From positions 1-64,000 of the forward strand of contig NIVC01003153.1 of NCBI GenBank assembly GCA_002269645.1: a stretch of 64,000 bases of DNA, given 5' to 3'. The position numbers and the translations under genes were made by a program. The notes below the pieces were generated by a model. That model was not told where the DNA came from and ran no database searches. It was given only the letters and a program-made list of their open reading frames with translations. How positions within the stretch are numbered: position 1 is the first letter of the stretch; the number at the start of each line of letters is the position of its first letter. Source of the stretch: Macrostomum lignano (taxonomy: Eukaryota). Positions 60,912-64,000 of this stretch are shown here, one piece after another.

Positions 60912-63900
60912 ATGACTGTCTCCCAGGGCATCCACTGCTTGCAGGTCAACCTGCAGCACAGCATTGCTGCTTCAGTCAACCTCTTGAAGCACACTGACCA
61001 ATACGTGCCAGGGATTATCCTTATCCAGGAACCTTGGACGCTTAGGGGCAGCCCCCAACATGTCCCCACCGGCTACCAGTGTTTAACCGCTGGTACCCGG
61101 GAGGGAAACCTGGCACCAAGATCCTGCATCATGGTGTCCAGTTCTATTAACGCATGGCTCAGATCAGACCTGTCCACCAGGGACATCTGTGTCATCCAGT
61201 CTGAAGACATACTCCCTGGGAGGACTACCCTCATCGCCTCGGTTTACCTACCGGGCGACGGCGAGATGATCCCAGTAGAGCTTGTCACACTGGTCGAGCT
61301 CTGCTCCACCAGAAACTATGAGCTGCTCGTGGCAGGTGACATCAATGCCCACCACACCCACTGGGGCAGTTCTGATATAAACCAGAGAGGTGAAGACTTC
61401 CTGGCTTATATTGCTACTACAACCCTTGAGTTCTGTAACTCGGGTAGTACCCCTACCTTCAATAACGGACGCCGATCGGAGGTGCTGGATGCCACCCTCG
61501 CCACGCCCAGGCTCTTCCGGAGCACTAGGGAGTGGCGGGTGCTTCCTGAGGCGTCCCTCTCCGATCACAAGTTCATCTCTTTCACGCTGGCCAGCGCCCG
61601 TAACGCAGGCCAGCTTTACTGGAAACGGAATGCTAGGAATACCGACTGGACCGCCTTCAGGCTTGCCCTGGAGGAGACCTATCGTTGCACTAGCACTCCA
61701 GTCTCCATCAACACCTGCGAAGAAGCAGATGAATTTGCGGCCGCACTTACGGACTCGCTCACTGCTGCCTTCGAAGCCTCATGCCCACTAAAGGCATATA
61801 AAGGCAAACAGTCGGCCCCATGGTGGAACCCGCAGCTTGGCGACCTCCGTCGCAGAACCAAAAGGCTTCACCGCAGGGCCCAAAAAACTAAAAACCCGGC
61901 CGACCAAACCGCCTACCTGAACTCTATCCACGAGTTCAAGAGGCAGGTTAGGAACGCCAAAACCAACAAGTGGCGCGAATACTGTGAGGAACTTGAGGGC
62001 TCCCGCCCCACCTCCAGAATCGTTAAAGCCCTCACCCTGGACAAAATGTCCAAACTCTCCTCAGTCAAGAGAGCCGACGGCTCGCTCACTGAGAACCCAG
62101 GAGAAACACTGGAAGCGATGCTAACAGCGTTTTTCCCGAACGAGCCAGCTAGGCCCGACCCCCCTGACCACTCAGTGGGCGGTCACGTACTGGCTGACTC
62201 AATCATCACGGAGGACCGCGTTACTAAAGCTGTCTCCTCCTTCAAACCCTTCAAATCCCCAGGACCGGACGGCGTTGTGCCAGCCTTCCTGCGGGAGGCG
62301 GTGAAATGCACCGGTTTCCTGCGGAACCTTTGCCGGCTTCTGAAAGCTTGCATTGTGCTCGGCTTTGTTCCGAAATCCTGGACCGAGGCCAAGGTGGTCT
62401 TTATCCCCAAGCCTGGCCGACCGGACTACCGGTCCATTAAATCCTTCAGACCAATTAGCCTCACCTCCTCATTGGTGAAGCTGTTAGAGAGACTGGTGCT
62501 CTGGCGCCTCCTCTCTGTGGAACTGAAGAACAAGCCGCTCAGTGAGAACCAGCATGCCTTTCGGGCAGGCAGGTCCACGGAGAGCGCGCTTCACGTTCTG
62601 GTTGACATGCTGGAGAAAGCCGTTCTTGGTAATGGCTACGCTCTCGCTGTCTTCCTCGACATTGTTGGAGCCTTTGATAATGTCCTCTTTGAGGCTTTTG
62701 ACAGAGCTCTACGTGCTAGAGGAACCCACTCGCACCTCACCCGGTGGATCATGTATATGATCAGCCACCGTACTGCCACCGCACACCTGTTGGGCCACCA
62801 ACGGACGGTAACCGTCTGCAAAGGCAGCCCCCAGGGCGGTGTCCTCTCTCCAGTTCTCTGGAACATGGTCATCGATGAGCTCCTCCAGGACAGCCATCTT
62901 GACCCCATCCTCAAGGTCGGTTACGCCGATGATGTCACTGCCGTGGCATCCGGACCGTCACCTGAAACCCTTAGAGATCTTTTGCAAAACTTCATTCGCT
63001 CTGCTGAACGTTGGGCGGACAGGTGCGGCCTCAGGCTCTCCGAGACCAAAACTGTCGCGATCATGTTCACCAGCAGGGTAAACTGGCGTATTCGCCCACT
63101 AAAGCTTTACGGGGTGGAAATTCCATCCTGCAAGCAAACCAAGTGTCTCGGCGTTACGTGGACCACCGGCTGAGCTGGTCCACCCACGTCCAGGCCAAAA
63201 CCAAAAAAGCCCTCGCGATTCTTGCGCAGCTGCGCAGAGCCGTCGGCACCACCTGGGGCCTCACCCCAAAGCGTCTCTGGTGGATCTATACCGCAATGGT
63301 CCGACCGGCCGTTACTTACGCCGGCCTGGTCTGGACCAGCGCCTTGCAGATTAAAACCTGCCACGAAGCCCTCAAAAAGGTGCAGGGACGTGCGTGCCGC
63401 ATGATCCTGAATGCCCCGCTCTCTGCTCCTTTGACGGCCTCAACGCCTTTCTCTGCCTCCCGCCTCTGGACATCTTTGCCCGTCGCGAGGCTGCTAAAAC
63501 CACCCGCCGGCTCATCGAGGCTGGTGTTAGCTTCAAGCCACAAAGAGCGATGGCGAAGCGCAAGCTCCTGCCGCACTCTGATCTGTGCCTTAAAGTTCTG
63601 GAGGAGAGTGGGAGTGCGGCTGTCCTTTCGGACGCTGAGCCGCGCTCCCTCAATCTCTACCAACGCTTCAAGGTCACGATCCCCTCCAGGGAGAACGCCA
63701 ACGACAGCTGGGCCCCTCAGGAGGTTCACTGCTTCACTGACGGATCCTCCAAAGACGGTTTATCCGGCTTTGGAGTCTGTATCCTTATCAACGGCCGCGT
63801 GATTGCTACTCACGCCCAACACACTGGCAGACTCTCCAGCGTCTTCCAGAATGAAGTCCTTGCCATCAGCTCCTGTGCAGCTGAGCTCCACTGCAGGGAC

Positions 63901-64000
63901 TTCAAGGACAGAAGAATCTTCTTCCACTCTGACAGCCAGGCCGCTTTACAGGCCCTGTGTCACACCACTACGAACTCCCGAACAGTCCGCGACTGTATCG
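60912..64000 (+). CDS. LINE ORF2: AP endonuclease, reverse transcriptase and RNase H (two apparent 1-nt deletions at about 63160 and 63430)
   Basis: QVNLQH, IQEPW, GDINAH and SDH (APE); PGPDG, FRPISL, FLDIVGAFD, GSPQGGVLSP and YADD (RT); FTDGS, FQNEVLAI and SDSQAAL (RNase H). Confidence 0.96.

Larger units (their letters stand above)
58891..64000 (+). mobile_element. Young non-LTR retrotransposon (I-group/Loa-like, APE-RT-RNaseH), runs off the window end
   Basis: About 490-nt structured 5' UTR, ORF1 and ORF2; interrupts the gag at about 58891. Confidence 0.93.

Noticed and set aside
63150-63440. Programmed ribosomal frameshifts in LINE ORF2 (also gag and the hydrolase)
   Set aside because: They lie within conserved domains, have no clear slippery heptamer plus structure, and share the same one-base-loss signature as host genes.

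Overview
Eukaryotic (animal) genomic DNA, not prokaryotic. GC-rich spliced exons sit among AT-rich spacers, and more than 25 distinct mini/microsatellite arrays are present. The style resembles a free-living flatworm such as Macrostomum; this is inference only. Host genes I can reconstruct with phase-consistent GT-AG introns: an intronless SERF/MOAG-4 small protein, an orphan 2-TM ORF, a 4-exon CocE/NonD-type hydrolase, a 2-exon white-type ABCG transporter (minus strand), a signal-peptide/LRR/TM receptor, and the last 7 exons of a UBR1/2 N-end-rule E3 ligase (minus strand). Mobile DNA: an apparently intact 4.2-kb hAT transposon (TIRs, 8-bp TSD, spliced transposase) inserted in a fossil tyrosine-recombinase (Crypton-like) ORF; two or three MITE-like elements; two tRNA/CORE-type SINE copies; a LINE fossil split by a 2.6-kb GA satellite; and a young APE-RT-RNaseH LINE inserted into the gag of an LTR element inside a UBR intron. 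The oddest items are a 28S rRNA helix 69-71-like segment inside a small inverted-repeat/direct-repeat cassette just downstream of SERF, and the pattern that most host introns carry their own private minisatellite. All six frameshifts in otherwise intact ORFs are single missing bases, which suggests assembly error.
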